Below, piece after piece: positions 43,372-55,549 of a stretch of DNA of 64,000 nt (the stretch's first letter is position 1; each line of letters opens with the position of its first letter). Source of the stretch: Lactococcus sp. GTDB taxonomy: Bacteria; Bacillota; Bacilli; Lactobacillales; Streptococcaceae. The translations under genes and the position numbers were made by a program. The notes below the pieces were generated by a model. That model searched no databases. It was not told the origin of the DNA and saw only the letters and a program-made list of their open reading frames with translations. The stretch spans positions 1,496,586-1,560,585 of the forward strand of contig CP181259.1 of the NCBI GenBank assembly GCA_047833645.1. Direction: 5' to 3'.

Positions 43372-44253
43372 TTAGTCTGTAGCGATTTTTCTCATGAGGC
43401 GCTCAAAGGACTCAGAAACTGCCGTCACGCGGATTTTTTCCTTGGTAAAGGGTTGACTGAGTTCAAGATGTTTCGCGTGTAACATTAAACGGGAGGCTTT
43501 GCGGCCTCTGTAAACTGAATCGCCTAGAATCGCATGACCTAGACTGCTGAGGTGGACGCGGATTTGGTGCGTCCGTCCGGTTTCAAGCTGACACTGAACC
43601 AAAGACTCAGTTGGCAAACGTTTCAAGACAAGGACATGCGTCACCGCACGCTGACCCCCTCGAGATACCACCACCCGTCGTTTTTTATCGTGGCGATCCG
43701 TCCCAATCGCCTGATCAATCGTCAACTGATCTTTGGGGACCTGTCCAGCACATAAGGCTTGATAAGTCCGGTGAATCTGACGCTCCCGCAACATCTGATC
43801 TAAAATCGGCAGGACAAAGGGATTTTTAGCAAATAAAACAGCACCTGAAGTCTCGAAATCTAAGCGGTGAACGACAGATACAGGCTGGCCACAGGCCGCT
43901 GCGACATGATTTTGTAAGGCAATCTCATTCGCGTTATTCCCGTGTGTTTTCATATTCTCAGGTTTATTAACAATAACGAGATGCTCGTCTTCGTATAAAA
44001 TCAAGGATTGGCCCAGCTGTTGGTCACCCAAAAGCAAGGGTTTAGCGGGGAAATCTTCGGCGTCAAAGATGACGGTGATCTGATCACCGGCAGTCACCCG
44101 ATCAGAAAATCGCGCCACAGCATCATTGACCAAGACATGCCGCTTGGTTCTCAAAAAATGGCGTTGTTTTTTAGGGACCAGCCACTCAGTTGTTAACAGG
44201 TCTTCCACCGACATCTCTTTGAGATCGGCGGGGAGTTTCATTGTGAACTTCAT
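43372..44253 (-). CDS. RluA family pseudouridine synthase
   Basis: VHRLDFETSG; LETGRTHQIRVH; RLMLHA. Confidence 0.94.
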   Translation of the reverse strand: MKFTMKLPADLKEMSVEDLLTTEWLVPKKQRHFLRTKRHVLVNDAVARFSDRVTAGDQITVIFDAEDFPAKPLLLGDQQLGQSLILYEDEHLVIVNKPENMKTHGNNANEIALQNHVAAACGQPVSVVHRLDFETSGAVLFAKNPFVLPILDQMLRERQIHRTYQALCAGQVPKDQLTIDQAIGTDRHDKKRRVVVSRGGQRAVTHVLVLKRLPTESLVQCQLETGRTHQIRVHLSSLGHAILGDSVYRGRKASRLMLHAKHLELSQPFTKEKIRVTAVSESFERLMRKIATD

Positions 44254-44419
44254 GTAGTTATTATACCAAAAATAGGCGAGTCTATTTTAAAGAAACGCCT
44301 TCATTTTTCAAATGACGAGTCGTCAGTCTCCCGTCATAAACTGCCAGCACACATAGCATTTGGCAACAGGTGCTGCGCTAACACCTTACGTTAAGGTTAA
44401 AATATGGTAAAATAAGCTT

Positions 44420-46567
44420 ATGACAGAAAAAGAAGTAAAAAAATCAAGTTTAAGTCGCTCGCAAAAGAATGCCGATCCAGAATTAGATCGAAAAGCCAAA
44501 ACGAAAAAACGACAATGGCTTCCTGCCCCAATCAAACGTTTTTGGAAACGCTATAATTTGACCAAAATCACGATTGCTTTGGTCCTTTTCATGGTGCTGT
44601 CAATTGCGAGCTATCTCCTTTTTCTAGCCAAAACAGCTGATGTTGAAACGCTCAAACAATCGATGGAAGCACGGACGGAAATCATTGATAAAAACGGGCA
44701 GTCTGCAGGGGCTATGTATGGTCAAAAAGGGACAACGGTCAAATTTGATGAGATTTCAGATAATGTCAAAAATGCCGTGATTGCGACAGAAGACCGAACC
44801 TTTTATGACAATAATGGGATTAATTTTAAGCGGACCCTGTTAGCGTTGGTCACCCTTGGGAAATTTGGCGGTGGGTCGACGATTACCCAGCAGCTGGCTA
44901 AAAATGCTTATCTAACGCAAAAACAAACCGTCGATCGTAAGGCTAAGGAATTGTTCCTAGCCCTTGAAATTAATAAAAAGTACGATAAAAAAGATATTTT
45001 AACCATGTACCTCAATAATTCTTATTTTGGGAATGGGATTTGGGGGATTCAGGACGCGAGTCTGAAGTACTATGGCAAGTCTGCCAAGGATTTGTCTGTC
45101 GAAGAGGCGGCGACCCTTACGGGGATTCTCAAATGGCCTGAGGTTTATAATCCACTCTATAAGGATGGGCAATTTGCCAAGGATCGCAGGGATACAGTCT
45201 TGCAAAATATGGTGAATGCGGGCTACATGAAGCAAGCGGATGCCAACGCTAATATGCAAATCGGGATTACCAGCAATTTGGCGGATGCTTATGTCGGTAA
45301 AGACGATGATTACAACTATCCCAGCTACTTTGATGCGGTAATTCAGGAAGCGATTAATGTCTATGGCTTAACTGAGCACGATATTTTAAATAATGGCTAT
45401 AAAATCTACACGGGTCTGGATCAGAATATGCAGACCGGCATGCAGACGACCTATGCCAATACCTACCAATTTCCAGTTGCTGCCGATGGTGTCAGTGCCC
45501 AGTCGGCCTCTGTTGCCATTAATCCTGGCACTGGTGAAGTGGAAGCGCTAATCGGTCGGGTGCCAACAACGGATAATGATAGTTTCCGTGGCTTTAACTT
45601 TGCGACCCAATCGGGTCGAAGTCCAGGGTCAACGATTAAACCTTTGGTTGTCTATACACCAGCGATTGAGGCAGGGTGGTCGATTAACAAGACCGTCCAT
45701 GATGAGCCGATGAATTATGATGGTTGGCAGCCGCTCAATGCCGATCGACAATGGCATGGGAATATGCCCATGTATCAGGCGCTTGCCGATTCCTATAATA
45801 TTCCGGCCATTAATACCTTTAAAGCTATTGGGATTAAAACGGGTATTGCTAAAGGCAAGCAATTTGGCCTTCATTTGACGGATAAAAACGATAATTTGAC
45901 AACAGCGCTTGGTGCAGGCGTTGCCACCAATCCATGGCAGATGGCGCAAGCCTACGCGACCTTTGCCAATGATGGGATTATGAACGAAGCCCATCTGATT
46001 AAGAAAATCGTCAGTGCAACGGGGACAACCATTGCGACGGCGAAAGTGAAGACAACGCGCGTGATAGACAGCCAAACCGCACAAAAAATGACATCGATGA
46101 TGCTAGGGACCTATACGAATGGGACAGGCATTTATGCAGCACCCTACGGTTACACCTTGGCAGGAAAAACGGGAACGAATGAAGACATTGACCAATGGGT
46201 CATCGGTTATACGCCAGATGTTGTCATGACGCTTTGGTTGGGTTATGAAAACCCCGAGAGTGAGTTGCACAGATTGGATGGGACATCTGCTGGGACAGCA
46301 TCAGAAATCTTCAGAACGATGGCAAGTACCATCTTACCTTACACCAATAACACACAGTTTAAGGAAGAAAATGCCTATAGCCTAGCAGGCCTAGACCCTG
46401 TTACAAGAGCATCAGAAGATCCAGCTACCAATGACGTCGTCGAAGATGCAAAAAGTAAAGCCAAGGACATCACAGATAAAGCCAAATCATTCACAGACAA
46501 AGCTGGTAAAAAAGCCAAAGAAGTCGGTGGTAATATCTGGGATCGTGTTAAGTCATGGTTTGACTAA
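44420..46567 (+). CDS. pbp2a: Class A penicillin-binding protein 2A
   Basis: EDRTF, GGSTITQQLAKN, SPGSTIKP, SYN, KTG. Confidence 0.93.
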   Translation: MTEKEVKKSSLSRSQKNADPELDRKAKTKKRQWLPAPIKRFWKRYNLTKITIALVLFMVLSIASYLLFLAKTADVETLKQSMEARTEIIDKNGQSAGAMYGQKGTTVKFDEISDNVKNAVIATEDRTFYDNNGINFKRTLLALVTLGKFGGGSTITQQLAKNAYLTQKQTVDRKAKELFLALEINKKYDKKDILTMYLNNSYFGNGIWGIQDASLKYYGKSAKDLSVEEAATLTGILKWPEVYNPLYKDGQFAKDRRDTVLQNMVNAGYMKQADANANMQIGITSNLADAYVGKDDDYNYPSYFDAVIQEAINVYGLTEHDILNNGYKIYTGLDQNMQTGMQTTYANTYQFPVAADGVSAQSASVAINPGTGEVEALIGRVPTTDNDSFRGFNFATQSGRSPGSTIKPLVVYTPAIEAGWSINKTVHDEPMNYDGWQPLNADRQWHGNMPMYQALADSYNIPAINTFKAIGIKTGIAKGKQFGLHLTDKNDNLTTALGAGVATNPWQMAQAYATFANDGIMNEAHLIKKIVSATGTTIATAKVKTTRVIDSQTAQKMTSMMLGTYTNGTGIYAAPYGYTLAGKTGTNEDIDQWVIGYTPDVVMTLWLGYENPESELHRLDGTSAGTASEIFRTMASTILPYTNNTQFKEENAYSLAGLDPVTRASEDPATNDVVEDAKSKAKDITDKAKSFTDKAGKKAKEVGGNIWDRVKSWFD

Positions 46568-46608
46568 TGCGCTATATTTTGGTAGAATAATAAACTGGAG
46601 ATAAATAG

Positions 46609-46758
46609 ATGATTAAAAAAGCAAGCTTAGCTTGCACGGTCTGCGGATCGCGCAACTATTCGATAACTGTCAGCTCAAACGGACGCGATAAACGTCTCGA
46701 AGTGAACAAATTCTGCAAAACGTGTGGAAAATATACCCTGCATAAGGAGACTCGATAA
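46609..46758 (+). CDS. rpmG: 50S ribosomal protein L33, zinc-binding type (not in the ORF track)
   Basis: [17 protein letters not shown]...[20 protein letters not shown]; GGAG RBS; directly upstream of secE. Confidence 0.93.
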   Translation: MIKKASLACTVCGSRNYSITVSSNGRDKRLEVNKFCKTCGKYTLHKETR

Positions 46759-46952
46759 TGTTTAAATTTATCAATTCAATTGTTGCTGAAATGCGCTTGG
46801 TGACATGGCCAACACGCTCAGAAGCGGTAAAAGACTTTGGCATGGTCATTCAGTACTCAGTCTTCTTCATGGTCTTCATCGTGATTTTTGACTGGTTGAT
46901 TAAAAGCGGTGTCACACAAGCCGTTAAATTATTGGTACCAATGATCAAATAA
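46758..46952 (+). CDS. secE: Preprotein translocase SecE
   Basis: EMRLVTWPTR motif; between rpmG and nusG. Confidence 0.9.
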   Translation: MFKFINSIVAEMRLVTWPTRSEAVKDFGMVIQYSVFFMVFIVIFDWLIKSGVTQAVKLLVPMIK

Positions 46953-47087
46953 TGTGGTATAATATGGGAAAAGGGCGAGAAGCCTTTTTCTTGTCTCAAA
47001 AAGAGATGCTGATTTATCAGAAAAGGTCGCCCCATCGGTCAGGTGATAAGTGCCTGGCACTTGTCTATTTAAATAAGGAGAACGAAC

Positions 47088-47681
47088 ATGTCAGACGCAT
47101 TCGAAGAAAACATCGAGCAACCATCGGCGCAAGAGCAAACTGTGAATTTTGATCAAGGCTGGTTTGTGATTCAAACCTACTCTGGTTATGAAAATAAAGT
47201 GAAGGAAAACTTGCTTGAGCGCGCGCAAACCTACAATATGACGGATAACATCTTGCGCATCGAGATTCCGACAGAAACGGTTGACAAGGAAGTCAATGGT
47301 AAACGTAAAGAGGTTGAGGAAAACCTCTTCCCAGGTTATGTCTTGGTTGAGATGAACATGACGGATGAAGCGTGGTTTGTTGTACGGAATACGCCGAACG
47401 TCACAGGTTTCGTGGGGTCCCATGGTAACCGGTCGAAACCAACGCCTTTATTTGAAGAAGAAATTCAAGAAATTCTGCAAGGCATGGGCAAACTCGTTCG
47501 TGAAATTACCTTTGACATTCATGTCGGGAAACGGGTTAAAATTATTGATGGAGCCTTCGCTGGATTTGAAGGCCCGATTACAGAAGTCAATGGTGAAAAA
47601 GTGAAAGTAACGGTTGACATGTTCGGGCGTGAAACACCAGTTGAGCTCGATTTGCAACAAATCGATGAGATTAGCTACTGA
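47088..47681 (+). CDS. nusG: Transcription factor NusG
   Basis: WFVIQTYSGYENKV, FPGYVLVEM, RNTPNVTGFVG, MFGRETPVEL. Confidence 0.97.
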   Translation: MSDAFEENIEQPSAQEQTVNFDQGWFVIQTYSGYENKVKENLLERAQTYNMTDNILRIEIPTETVDKEVNGKRKEVEENLFPGYVLVEMNMTDEAWFVVRNTPNVTGFVGSHGNRSKPTPLFEEEIQEILQGMGKLVREITFDIHVGKRVKIIDGAFAGFEGPITEVNGEKVKVTVDMFGRETPVELDLQQIDEISY

Positions 47682-47799
47682 TTTTATCAGTTTGAAAAAA
47701 TAGCGTTAAAAACTTCCAAATTTTGGAAGTTTTTTTGAAATATTCTGATAATTGTGCTACAATATGACTAACTGAACTGATAATCATGAGGAGCCGAAA

Positions 47800-49290
47800 A
47801 TGACTTTAATTTACCAATCAACGCGCGATAAATCCAATCAAGTAACTGCTAGTCAAGCCATTCTGCAAGGGCTTGCGACTGACGGTGGCCTTTATGTGCC
47901 AAGAGAAGTGCCAACTGTCGCCTTAGATTTTGAGACCTTAAAAAATGCTAGCTATCAAGAAGTCGCGACGCTAGTGTTATCAGCCTTTCTAGACGATTTT
48001 ACAGCTGAAGAAATTGCGTATTGTGTCGAAAACGCCTATGATAGTAAATTTGATGATGCGGCGATTGCCCCACTCGTGAAGTTGGACGGCCGGTATAACC
48101 TCGAATTGTTCCATGGCAATACGATTGCTTTCAAGGATATGGCACTTTCTATCTTGCCTTACCTCATGACGACAGCTGCTAAAAAACACGGTGTTGATCG
48201 TGAAATTGTCATCCTGACGGCGACTTCAGGCGATACAGGGAAAGCTGCCATGGCAGGCTTTGCTGATGTGCCAGGGACGAAAATCGTTGTTTTCTATCCC
48301 AAGGATGGGGTCTCAAAAATCCAAGAGCATCAAATGACGACCCAAGTGGGTGAAAACGTTAAGGTCATCGCAATCGATGGTAACTTCGACAATGCCCAAA
48401 CCAATGTCAAGGCCATGTTTAACAATGGCGCCTTGCGCGATAAAATGCTGGCCAATGGTAAGCAGTTTTCAAGCGCCAACTCGATGAATATTGGTCGTCT
48501 GGTGCCACAAATTGCCTACTATGTCTATGCCTACGCCCAACTTGTTAAATCGGGTGCCGTTGAAAATGGGACTGACATTAATTTCACGGTTCCTACAGGG
48601 AATTTCGGGAACATTTTAGCGGGATATTATGCCAAACAAATCGGTTTGCCAGTCGGTAAACTCATCTGTGCTTCAAATGAAAACAATGTCTTGACAGATT
48701 TCTTCCGGACAGGAACTTATGATAAAAATCGTGACTTCTTTGTAACCAGCTCGCCCTCAATGGATATCTTGGTGTCGTCAAATCTGGAACGTTTGATTTT
48801 CCATTTGACAGGAGATAGCGATGTGGCAACATCAGAGTTGATGACCAGTCTCAATACAACAGGCGCCTATAAAATCACGGATAAAATGTTGTCTGAACTT
48901 AATGGTTTTTATGCAGATTTTACGGATGAAGCTGAAATCTCTGCTCAGATCGCAGCGACTTTTGAAGCTGATCACTATGTTGAGGATCCACACACAGCGG
49001 TTGCGAGTGCCGTATACAAAAAATACCTGGCTGAAACGCAGGATCCGACACCAACTGTCATCGTCTCGACGGCTAGTCCATATAAGTTTCCAAAAGTTGT
49101 GGTTGAAAGCCTGACGACATTGACCGGACAAGAAGACGACTTTGAGTTGGTTAAAAAGCTAGAGGAGATTTCAGGGACGCCTTTACCTAAAGCGGTGTCA
49201 GATCTCTTTGAGGCACCAGTTTTGCATGATACGGTGATTCCAGCAGCTGATATGCAGGCGGCGGTTGAAGCCTATTTAGCGCTTGGTTAA
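47800..49290 (+). CDS. thrC: Threonine synthase
   Basis: YQSTR, GLATDGGLYVP, LELFHGNTIAFKDMAL, ATSGDTG, PTGNFGN. Confidence 0.96.
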   Translation: MTLIYQSTRDKSNQVTASQAILQGLATDGGLYVPREVPTVALDFETLKNASYQEVATLVLSAFLDDFTAEEIAYCVENAYDSKFDDAAIAPLVKLDGRYNLELFHGNTIAFKDMALSILPYLMTTAAKKHGVDREIVILTATSGDTGKAAMAGFADVPGTKIVVFYPKDGVSKIQEHQMTTQVGENVKVIAIDGNFDNAQTNVKAMFNNGALRDKMLANGKQFSSANSMNIGRLVPQIAYYVYAYAQLVKSGAVENGTDINFTVPTGNFGNILAGYYAKQIGLPVGKLICASNENNVLTDFFRTGTYDKNRDFFVTSSPSMDILVSSNLERLIFHLTGDSDVATSELMTSLNTTGAYKITDKMLSELNGFYADFTDEAEISAQIAATFEADHYVEDPHTAVASAVYKKYLAETQDPTPTVIVSTASPYKFPKVVVESLTTLTGQEDDFELVKKLEEISGTPLPKAVSDLFEAPVLHDTVIPAADMQAAVEAYLALG

Positions 49291-49310
49291 CTAAATGCCT
49301 ATTACTATTA

Positions 49311-49358
49311 TATAGAAGAAAGACCTCGGATAACGATCTGAGGTCTTTCTTCTATATA
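49311..49358. terminator. Bidirectional terminator between thrC and mscL
   Basis: AGAAGAAAGACCTCGGAT...ATCTGAGGTCTTTCTTCT. Confidence 0.75.
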
Positions 49359-49366
49359 ATAGATGT

Positions 49367-49744
49367 TTATTTTTGTTTCAATAAATCACGGATTTCTTTC
49401 AATGTTTCAACTTCTTCGTTGATCGCAGCAACTTCTTCGGCTTCTTCTGTTTTGTTAGCGGCAAACAATTTGTTAACGGTTTTAATGATAACGAAAATCA
49501 CAAATGCTGTAATCAAGAAGTTCAAGACGTCATTCAAGAACTTGCCATAAGCGAAGGTTGCATTGCCCAATTTGAAACTGAGTTGGGCTAGTGCACCATC
49601 TTGAACGAAAATCCCGATGAGTGGATTGATGAGATTATCCACTAATGATTTGACGATAGCGGTGAAGGCACCCCCGATAATGACACCGACAGCTAGGTCA
49701 AGGACATTGCCTCGCAAAATAAATGCTTTAAATTCTTTTAACAC
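49367..49744 (-). CDS. mscL: Large-conductance mechanosensitive channel
   Basis: [24 protein letters not shown]...LKEIRDLL. Confidence 0.97.
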   Translation of the reverse strand: MLKEFKAFILRGNVLDLAVGVIIGGAFTAIVKSLVDNLINPLIGIFVQDGALAQLSFKLGNATFAYGKFLNDVLNFLITAFVIFVIIKTVNKLFAANKTEEAEEVAAINEEVETLKEIRDLLKQK

Positions 49745-49836
49745 GACGTTTCCTCCTAAATAATATAGTCTAATTATATCATAAACGTTGTAGGAAAGCG
49801 ATATGTGAAGGCTTCAATAAAAAATAAATGAAAAGC

Positions 49837-50001
49837 TTGCAAATGGTCAAGCTTTCTGTTATCATAGATAAGTACCGCGTAAAGCGTGGTATGTAGCTGT
49901 GAAGCGAGAGGTTGTGATACACCCGGAGGCGTTGCCACGCATCCTGTATTAGTTTTCTCGTGGAGCTAGCCTATTCTAAGAAATAGACGAGAGGAGAAAA
50001 A
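49837..50001 (+). promoter_or_regulatory. S10 operon promoter and structured leader
   Basis: TTGCAA (49837)-17 bp-TG.TATCAT (49860); about 130-nt leader with hairpins before rpsJ. Confidence 0.7.
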
Positions 50002-50310
50002 ATGGCAAACAAAAAAATCCGCATTCGTTTGAAAGCGTACGAACATGGTATTCTTGATCAAGCGGCTGAAAAAATCGTAGAAACTGCGAAACGTACTGAC
50101 GCATCTGTAGCAGGTCCAATCCCGCTTCCGACTGACCGTTCAGTTTACACAATCATCCGTGCGACTCACAAATACAAAGACTCACGCGAACAATTCGAAA
50201 TGCGTACACACAAACGTTTGATCGACATCATTAACCCAACACAAAAAACTGTTGATGGCTTGATGAAACTCGATTTACCAAGTGGTGTCAACATCGAAAT
50301 TAAATTATAA
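50002..50310 (+). CDS. rpsJ: 30S ribosomal protein S10
   Basis: [12 protein letters not shown]...[14 protein letters not shown]. Confidence 0.98.
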   Translation: MANKKIRIRLKAYEHGILDQAAEKIVETAKRTDASVAGPIPLPTDRSVYTIIRATHKYKDSREQFEMRTHKRLIDIINPTQKTVDGLMKLDLPSGVNIEIKL

Positions 50311-50324
50311 GGAAAGGAACTCTA

Positions 50325-50948
50325 ATGACAAAAGGAATCTTAGGGAAAAAAGTGGGAATGACCCAAATTTTCACCGAAACTGGCGAATTAATCCCAGTAA
50401 CTGTCATTGAAGCTGCAGCTAACGTTGTACTTCAAGTCAAAACAGTCGCAACTGACGGCTACGAAGCTGTTCAAGTTGGTTTTGATGACAAACGTGAAGT
50501 TTTGAGTAACAAACCTGCCAAAGGCCATGTTGCAAAAGCAAACACTGCTCCTAAGCGCTTCATTCGTGAATTCAAGAATATTGAAGGCTTGGAAGTGGGC
50601 GCTGAATTGACAGTAGAACAATTTGAAGCTGGAGATGTTGTTGACGTCACTGGTACGACTAAAGGTAAAGGTTTCCAAGGGGTTATTAAACGCCACGGAC
50701 AATCACGCGGGCCAATGGCTCACGGTTCACGTTACCACCGTCGTCCAGGGTCAATGGGTCCTGTTGCACCTAACCGTGTATTCAAAAATAAACACCTTGC
50801 AGGTCGCATGGGTGGCAACCGCGTAACAGTTCAAAACCTCGTTATCGTACAAGTTGTCCCTGAAAAAAATGTTATCCTCGTTAAAGGTAATATCCCAGGT
50901 GCTAAGAAATCACTTATCACAGTTAAATCAGCTATTAAAGCTAAATAA
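50325..50948 (+). CDS. rplC: 50S ribosomal protein L3
   Basis: [16 protein letters not shown]; operon order. Confidence 0.98.
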   Translation: MTKGILGKKVGMTQIFTETGELIPVTVIEAAANVVLQVKTVATDGYEAVQVGFDDKREVLSNKPAKGHVAKANTAPKRFIREFKNIEGLEVGAELTVEQFEAGDVVDVTGTTKGKGFQGVIKRHGQSRGPMAHGSRYHRRPGSMGPVAPNRVFKNKHLAGRMGGNRVTVQNLVIVQVVPEKNVILVKGNIPGAKKSLITVKSAIKAK

Positions 50949-50971
50949 TAAGGAAAGGAGATAAGTTAAAA

Positions 50972-51598
50972 ATGACTAACGTATCATTATTTAAACAAGA
51001 CGGATCGCAAGCTGGCGATATCACATTGAACGATGCAGTCTTTGGTATTGAACCAAACGAATCTGTAGTCTTCGACGTAATCCTAAGCCAACGTGCTAGC
51101 CTTCGTCAAGGTACTCACGCAGTTAAAAACCGTTCAGCAGTACGCGGTGGTGGTAAAAAACCATGGCGTCAAAAAGGAACTGGTCGTGCACGTCAAGGTT
51201 CTATCCGCTCACCACAATGGCGTGGCGGTGGCGTAGTCTTCGGACCAACACCACGTTCTTACGGTTACAAATTGCCACAAAAAGTTCGTCAATTGGCACT
51301 TAAATCAGTTTACTCTGAAAAAGTTGCAGAAAACAAACTCGTGGCAGTTGATGCGCTGAACTTCGACGCACCAAAAACTGCAGAATTTGTAAAAGTTCTT
51401 GAAGCATTGGCTATTGAACGTAAAGTTCTTGTCATCTTCGAAAACGAAGGAAATAAATTCGCTGAATTGTCTGCACGTAACATTCCAAATGTTCAAGTCA
51501 CAACTGCTAACTCAGCATCTGTTCTTGATATCGTAAACAACGATAAAATTTTGGTGACACAAGCAGCTCTATCTCAAATTGAGGAGGTTCTTGCATAA
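50972..51598 (+). CDS. rplD: 50S ribosomal protein L4
   Basis: [15 protein letters not shown]. Confidence 0.98.
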   Translation: MTNVSLFKQDGSQAGDITLNDAVFGIEPNESVVFDVILSQRASLRQGTHAVKNRSAVRGGGKKPWRQKGTGRARQGSIRSPQWRGGGVVFGPTPRSYGYKLPQKVRQLALKSVYSEKVAENKLVAVDALNFDAPKTAEFVKVLEALAIERKVLVIFENEGNKFAELSARNIPNVQVTTANSASVLDIVNNDKILVTQAALSQIEEVLA

Positions 51599-51885
51599 TG
51601 TCATTGTACGACGTAATCAAAAAACCAATCATCACTGAAAGCTCTATGCTTGCAATGGATGAAAAGAAATATACCTTTGAAGTTGACGGGCGCGCCCACA
51701 AACTTCTAATCAAACAAGCTGTTGAAGCTGCGTTTGAAGGGGTTAAAGTTGCTTCTGTTAACACTGTCAATGTGAAACCTAAAGCGAAACGCGTAGGTAA
51801 ATACACAGGTTACACAAACAAAGTGAAGAAAGCTATCGTGACCCTGACGGCTGATTCTAAAAATATTGAAATTTTCGGGGAATAA
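51598..51885 (+). CDS. rplW: 50S ribosomal protein L23
   Basis: [11 protein letters not shown]...KKAIVTL. Confidence 0.98.
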   Translation: MSLYDVIKKPIITESSMLAMDEKKYTFEVDGRAHKLLIKQAVEAAFEGVKVASVNTVNVKPKAKRVGKYTGYTNKVKKAIVTLTADSKNIEIFGE

Positions 51886-51899
51886 GAAAGGAGTAATCA

Positions 51900-52733
51900 G
51901 TGGGTATTAAAGTATACAAACCGACGACCAATGGTCGCCGTAACATGACAAGCCTTGACTTTGCTGAAATTACGACTAACAAACCTGAGAAATCATTGTT
52001 GGTATCACTTAAAAGTAAAGCAGGCCGTAACAACAACGGACGCATCACTGTACGTCACCAAGGTGGCGGACACAAACGTCATTACCGTGTGATCGACTTT
52101 AAACGTAATCACGATGACGTCGTTGCTAAAGTTGCGACTATCGAATACGATCCAAACCGTTCAGCAAACATCGCTTTAGTTGTTTATTCTGATGGTATTA
52201 AAACATACATCCTTGCACCTAAAGGTCTTGTTGTTGGTCAAACAATCGTTTCTGGCACAACAGCCGACATCAAAACTGGTAACGCTTTGCCACTTGCAAA
52301 CATTCCAGTCGGTACATTGATTCACAACATCGAATTGAAACCTGGTAAAGGTGGACAATTAGTACGTTCAGCTGGTGCTTCTGCGCAAGTACTTGGTCAA
52401 GAAGGTAAATACACACTTGTGCGTTTGCAATCTGGCGAAGTTCGCATGATTCTCTCAACTGCACGTGCAACAATCGGTGTTGTCGGTAATGGTGAGCACA
52501 GCCTTGTCAATATCGGTAAAGCTGGTCGTAACCGTTGGAAGGGTATCCGTCCAACAGTCCGCGGTTCAGTAATGAACCCGAACGATCACCCACACGGTGG
52601 TGGTGAAGGTAAACAACCAGTTGGTCGTAAATCGCCATCTACACCATGGGGCAAACCAGCACTTGGTCTTAAAACACGTAATAAGAAAGCTAAATCTAGC
52701 AAACTTATCGTTCGTCGTAAAAACCAAAAATAA
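51900..52733 (+). CDS. rplB: 50S ribosomal protein L2
   Basis: [16 protein letters not shown]; [13 protein letters not shown]. Confidence 0.98.
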   Translation: MGIKVYKPTTNGRRNMTSLDFAEITTNKPEKSLLVSLKSKAGRNNNGRITVRHQGGGHKRHYRVIDFKRNHDDVVAKVATIEYDPNRSANIALVVYSDGIKTYILAPKGLVVGQTIVSGTTADIKTGNALPLANIPVGTLIHNIELKPGKGGQLVRSAGASAQVLGQEGKYTLVRLQSGEVRMILSTARATIGVVGNGEHSLVNIGKAGRNRWKGIRPTVRGSVMNPNDHPHGGGEGKQPVGRKSPSTPWGKPALGLKTRNKKAKSSKLIVRRKNQK

Positions 52734-52833
52734 TCTATCCGCCAGCTCCGGCTTAGCACCGGCAGTGGTTCTAATACAAGTGATGCAAACGTTTCGTTTG
52801 AACCACTCAACATTAAAGGAGAAACCATAACAC

Positions 52834-53112
52834 ATGGGACGCAGTCTTAAAAAAGGCCCTTTCGTCGATGATCATTTGATGAAAAAGGTTGTTGCTCAAG
52901 AAGGCAACGAAAAGAAAACAGTTATTAAAACTTGGTCACGTCGTTCTACGATCTTCCCTAACTTCATCGGTTACACGATTGCAGTTTATGATGGTCGCAA
53001 ACACGTACCAGTTTATGTTCAAGAAGACATGGTAGGACACAAATTGGGCGAATTCGCACCAACACGTACTTACCGTGGCCACGCAGCAGACGATAAAAAA
53101 ACACGTCGTTAA
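52834..53112 (+). CDS. rpsS: 30S ribosomal protein S19
   Basis: [12 protein letters not shown]; [11 protein letters not shown]. Confidence 0.98.
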   Translation: MGRSLKKGPFVDDHLMKKVVAQEGNEKKTVIKTWSRRSTIFPNFIGYTIAVYDGRKHVPVYVQEDMVGHKLGEFAPTRTYRGHAADDKKTRR

Positions 53113-53131
53113 TTTATAGAGGAGGAAAAAA

Positions 53132-53476
53132 ATGGCAGAAATTACTTCAGCTAAAGCAACTGCTCGTACAGTCCGCGTTTCACCTCGTAAATCACGTCTT
53201 GTAATCGACTTGATTCGTGGGAAAAACGTTGCAGATGCAATCGCAACACTTAAATTCACACCGACTAAAGCAGCAAATGAGATTGAGAACGTTTTGAACT
53301 CTGCAATCGCAAATGCTGAAAACAACTTTGGTCTCGAAAAAGCAAACCTTTTCGTTTCAGAAGCCTACATCAATGAAGGCCCAACAATGAAACGTTTCCG
53401 TCCACGGGCTAAAGGTTCAGCTTCACCAATTAACAAACGCACAAGCCACATCACTGTGGTTGTGACAGAAAAATAA
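53132..53476 (+). CDS. rplV: 50S ribosomal protein L22
   Basis: [10 protein letters not shown]; [18 protein letters not shown]. Confidence 0.98.
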   Translation: MAEITSAKATARTVRVSPRKSRLVIDLIRGKNVADAIATLKFTPTKAANEIENVLNSAIANAENNFGLEKANLFVSEAYINEGPTMKRFRPRAKGSASPINKRTSHITVVVTEK

Positions 53477-53488
53477 GGAGGTAAAATC

Positions 53489-54142
53489 GTGGGTCAAAAA
53501 GTACATCCTATTGGCATGCGTGTCGGAATCATTCGTGACTGGGACGCAAAATGGTATGCTGAAAAAGAATACGCAAGTTACCTCCATGAGGACCTTGCAA
53601 TCCGTAAACTTGTTCAATCTAAACTTGCGGATGCTTCAGTTTCAACGATTGAAACTGAACGTGCTGTAAACAAAGTCATCGTGACTTTGCACACAGCTAA
53701 ACCAGGTATGGTAATTGGTAAATCAGGCGCTAGCGTTGATGCACTTCGTGCTGAATTAAATGCTTTGACTGGTAAACAAGTTCACATTAACATCGTTGAA
53801 ATCAAAAAACCTGACCTTGATGCTCACCTTGTCGGTGAAGGTATCGCGCGTCAACTTGAACAACGTGTGGCTTTCCGTCGTGCTCAAAAACAAGCAATCC
53901 AACGTACAATGCGTGCTGGTGCCAAAGGTATCAAAACACAAGTATCTGGTCGATTGAATGGTGCAGACATTGCCCGTGCTGAAGGTTATTCAGAAGGAAC
54001 TGTGCCATTGCACACACTCCGTGCTGATATCGACTATGCATGGGAAGAAGCAGATACAACTTATGGTAAACTTGGCGTTAAAGTTTGGATTTACCGTGGT
54101 GAAATCTTGCCAACTAAAAAATCAGTGAAAGGAGACAAATAA
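53489..54142 (+). CDS. rpsC: 30S ribosomal protein S3
   Basis: [13 protein letters not shown]; [12 protein letters not shown]. Confidence 0.98.
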   Translation: MGQKVHPIGMRVGIIRDWDAKWYAEKEYASYLHEDLAIRKLVQSKLADASVSTIETERAVNKVIVTLHTAKPGMVIGKSGASVDALRAELNALTGKQVHINIVEIKKPDLDAHLVGEGIARQLEQRVAFRRAQKQAIQRTMRAGAKGIKTQVSGRLNGADIARAEGYSEGTVPLHTLRADIDYAWEEADTTYGKLGVKVWIYRGEILPTKKSVKGDK

Positions 54143-54570
54143 TGTTAGTACCTAAACGTGTGAAACACCGCCGCGAATTCCGTGGTAAAATGCGTGGGGA
54201 AGCTAAAGGCGGCAAAGAAGTCGCATTTGGTGAATTTGGTCTCCAAGCAACAACTTCTCACTGGATCACAAACCGTCAAATCGAGGCTGCTCGTATTGCC
54301 ATGACACGTTACATGAAACGTGGTGGTAAAGTTTGGATCAAAATCTTCCCTCATAAATCATATACTGCAAAAGCTATCGGGGTCCGTATGGGTTCTGGTA
54401 AAGGGGCACCTGAAGGTTGGGTTTCTCCAGTTAAACGCGGTAAAGTAATGTTCGAAATCGCTGGCGTTTCAGAAGAAGTCGCTCGCGAAGCATTACGTCT
54501 TGCATCACACAAACTTCCTGTTAAAACTAAGTTTGTAAAACGTGCTGAGGAGGAAACAAATGAAGCTTAA
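54142..54570 (+). CDS. rplP: 50S ribosomal protein L16
   Basis: [15 protein letters not shown]; RMGSGKG. Confidence 0.98.
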   Translation: MLVPKRVKHRREFRGKMRGEAKGGKEVAFGEFGLQATTSHWITNRQIEAARIAMTRYMKRGGKVWIKIFPHKSYTAKAIGVRMGSGKGAPEGWVSPVKRGKVMFEIAGVSEEVAREALRLASHKLPVKTKFVKRAEEETNEA

Positions 54571-54766
54571 TGAAGTAAAATCACTTTTGACAGAACTTCG
54601 TGGTCTTTCAGCTGAAGAACTCGCAACACGCGAACAAGATTTGAAAAAAGAATTGTTCGACTTGCGTTTCCAAGCAGCTGCTGGTCAGCTTGAAAACACT
54701 GTCCGCCTCAACGAAGTTAAGAAAACAATCGCTCGCGTGAAAACTGTTCAACGCGAAGCGAAATAA
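54560..54766 (+). CDS. rpmC: 50S ribosomal protein L29
   Basis: [16 protein letters not shown]; start ATG 54560. Confidence 0.97.
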   Translation: MKLNEVKSLLTELRGLSAEELATREQDLKKELFDLRFQAAAGQLENTVRLNEVKKTIARVKTVQREAK

Positions 54767-54788
54767 TAGATAGGGAGAAACCTTTAAA

Positions 54789-55049
54789 ATGGAACGTAAT
54801 CAACGTAAAGTTTATCAAGGCCGCGTGGTTTCTGACAAAATGGACAAAACCATTACTGTTGTCATCGAAACAAAACGTAACCACCCTGTCTATGGTAAAC
54901 GTATTAACTACTCTAAAAAATTGAAAGCTCACGACGAAAACAACTCAGCTAAAACTGGTGATATCGTTCGCGTGATGGAAACTCGTCCTTTGTCTAAAGA
55001 CAAACGTTTCCGTCTTGTTGAAATCGTTGAAGAAGCAGTCATCATCTAA
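54789..55049 (+). CDS. rpsQ: 30S ribosomal protein S17
   Basis: [12 protein letters not shown]; ETRPLSK. Confidence 0.98.
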   Translation: MERNQRKVYQGRVVSDKMDKTITVVIETKRNHPVYGKRINYSKKLKAHDENNSAKTGDIVRVMETRPLSKDKRFRLVEIVEEAVII

Positions 55050-55072
55050 CATTCTAAAAGGAGGAATTTGCT

Positions 55073-55441
55073 GTGATTCAATCAGAATCTCGTTTGAAAG
55101 TTGCTGATAACAGCGGTGCCAAAGAAATTCTTGCTATCAAAGTCCTAGGTGGCTCTGGTCGTAAATTTGCTGGTATCGGTGATGTTATTGTTGCATCTGT
55201 AAAAGCTGCAGCTCCTGGCGGAGTTGTTAAAAAAGGTGAAGTTGTCAAAGCGGTAATCGTGCGTACTAAATCAGGCGCACGCCGTACAGACGGTTCATAC
55301 ATCAAGTTCGACGAAAACGCTGCTGTTATCATCAAAGATGACAAAACGCTTCGTGGAACACGTATCTTTGGCCCAGTTGCTCGCGAATTGCGTGAAGGTA
55401 ACTTCATGAAAATCGTGTCATTGGCACCAGAAGTACTTTAA
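55073..55441 (+). CDS. rplN: 50S ribosomal protein L14
   Basis: [12 protein letters not shown]; [10 protein letters not shown]. Confidence 0.98.
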   Translation: MIQSESRLKVADNSGAKEILAIKVLGGSGRKFAGIGDVIVASVKAAAPGGVVKKGEVVKAVIVRTKSGARRTDGSYIKFDENAAVIIKDDKTLRGTRIFGPVARELREGNFMKIVSLAPEVL

Positions 55442-55549
55442 GCTTTAAACTTAGGTTTAAAGCTTAAGCTAACAAAACACAAACACAGTCCCCTTGTATT
55501 TATAAGGGTGTCGCATGATGCGACGTAAGAAAATTAGGAGAAAATTCAA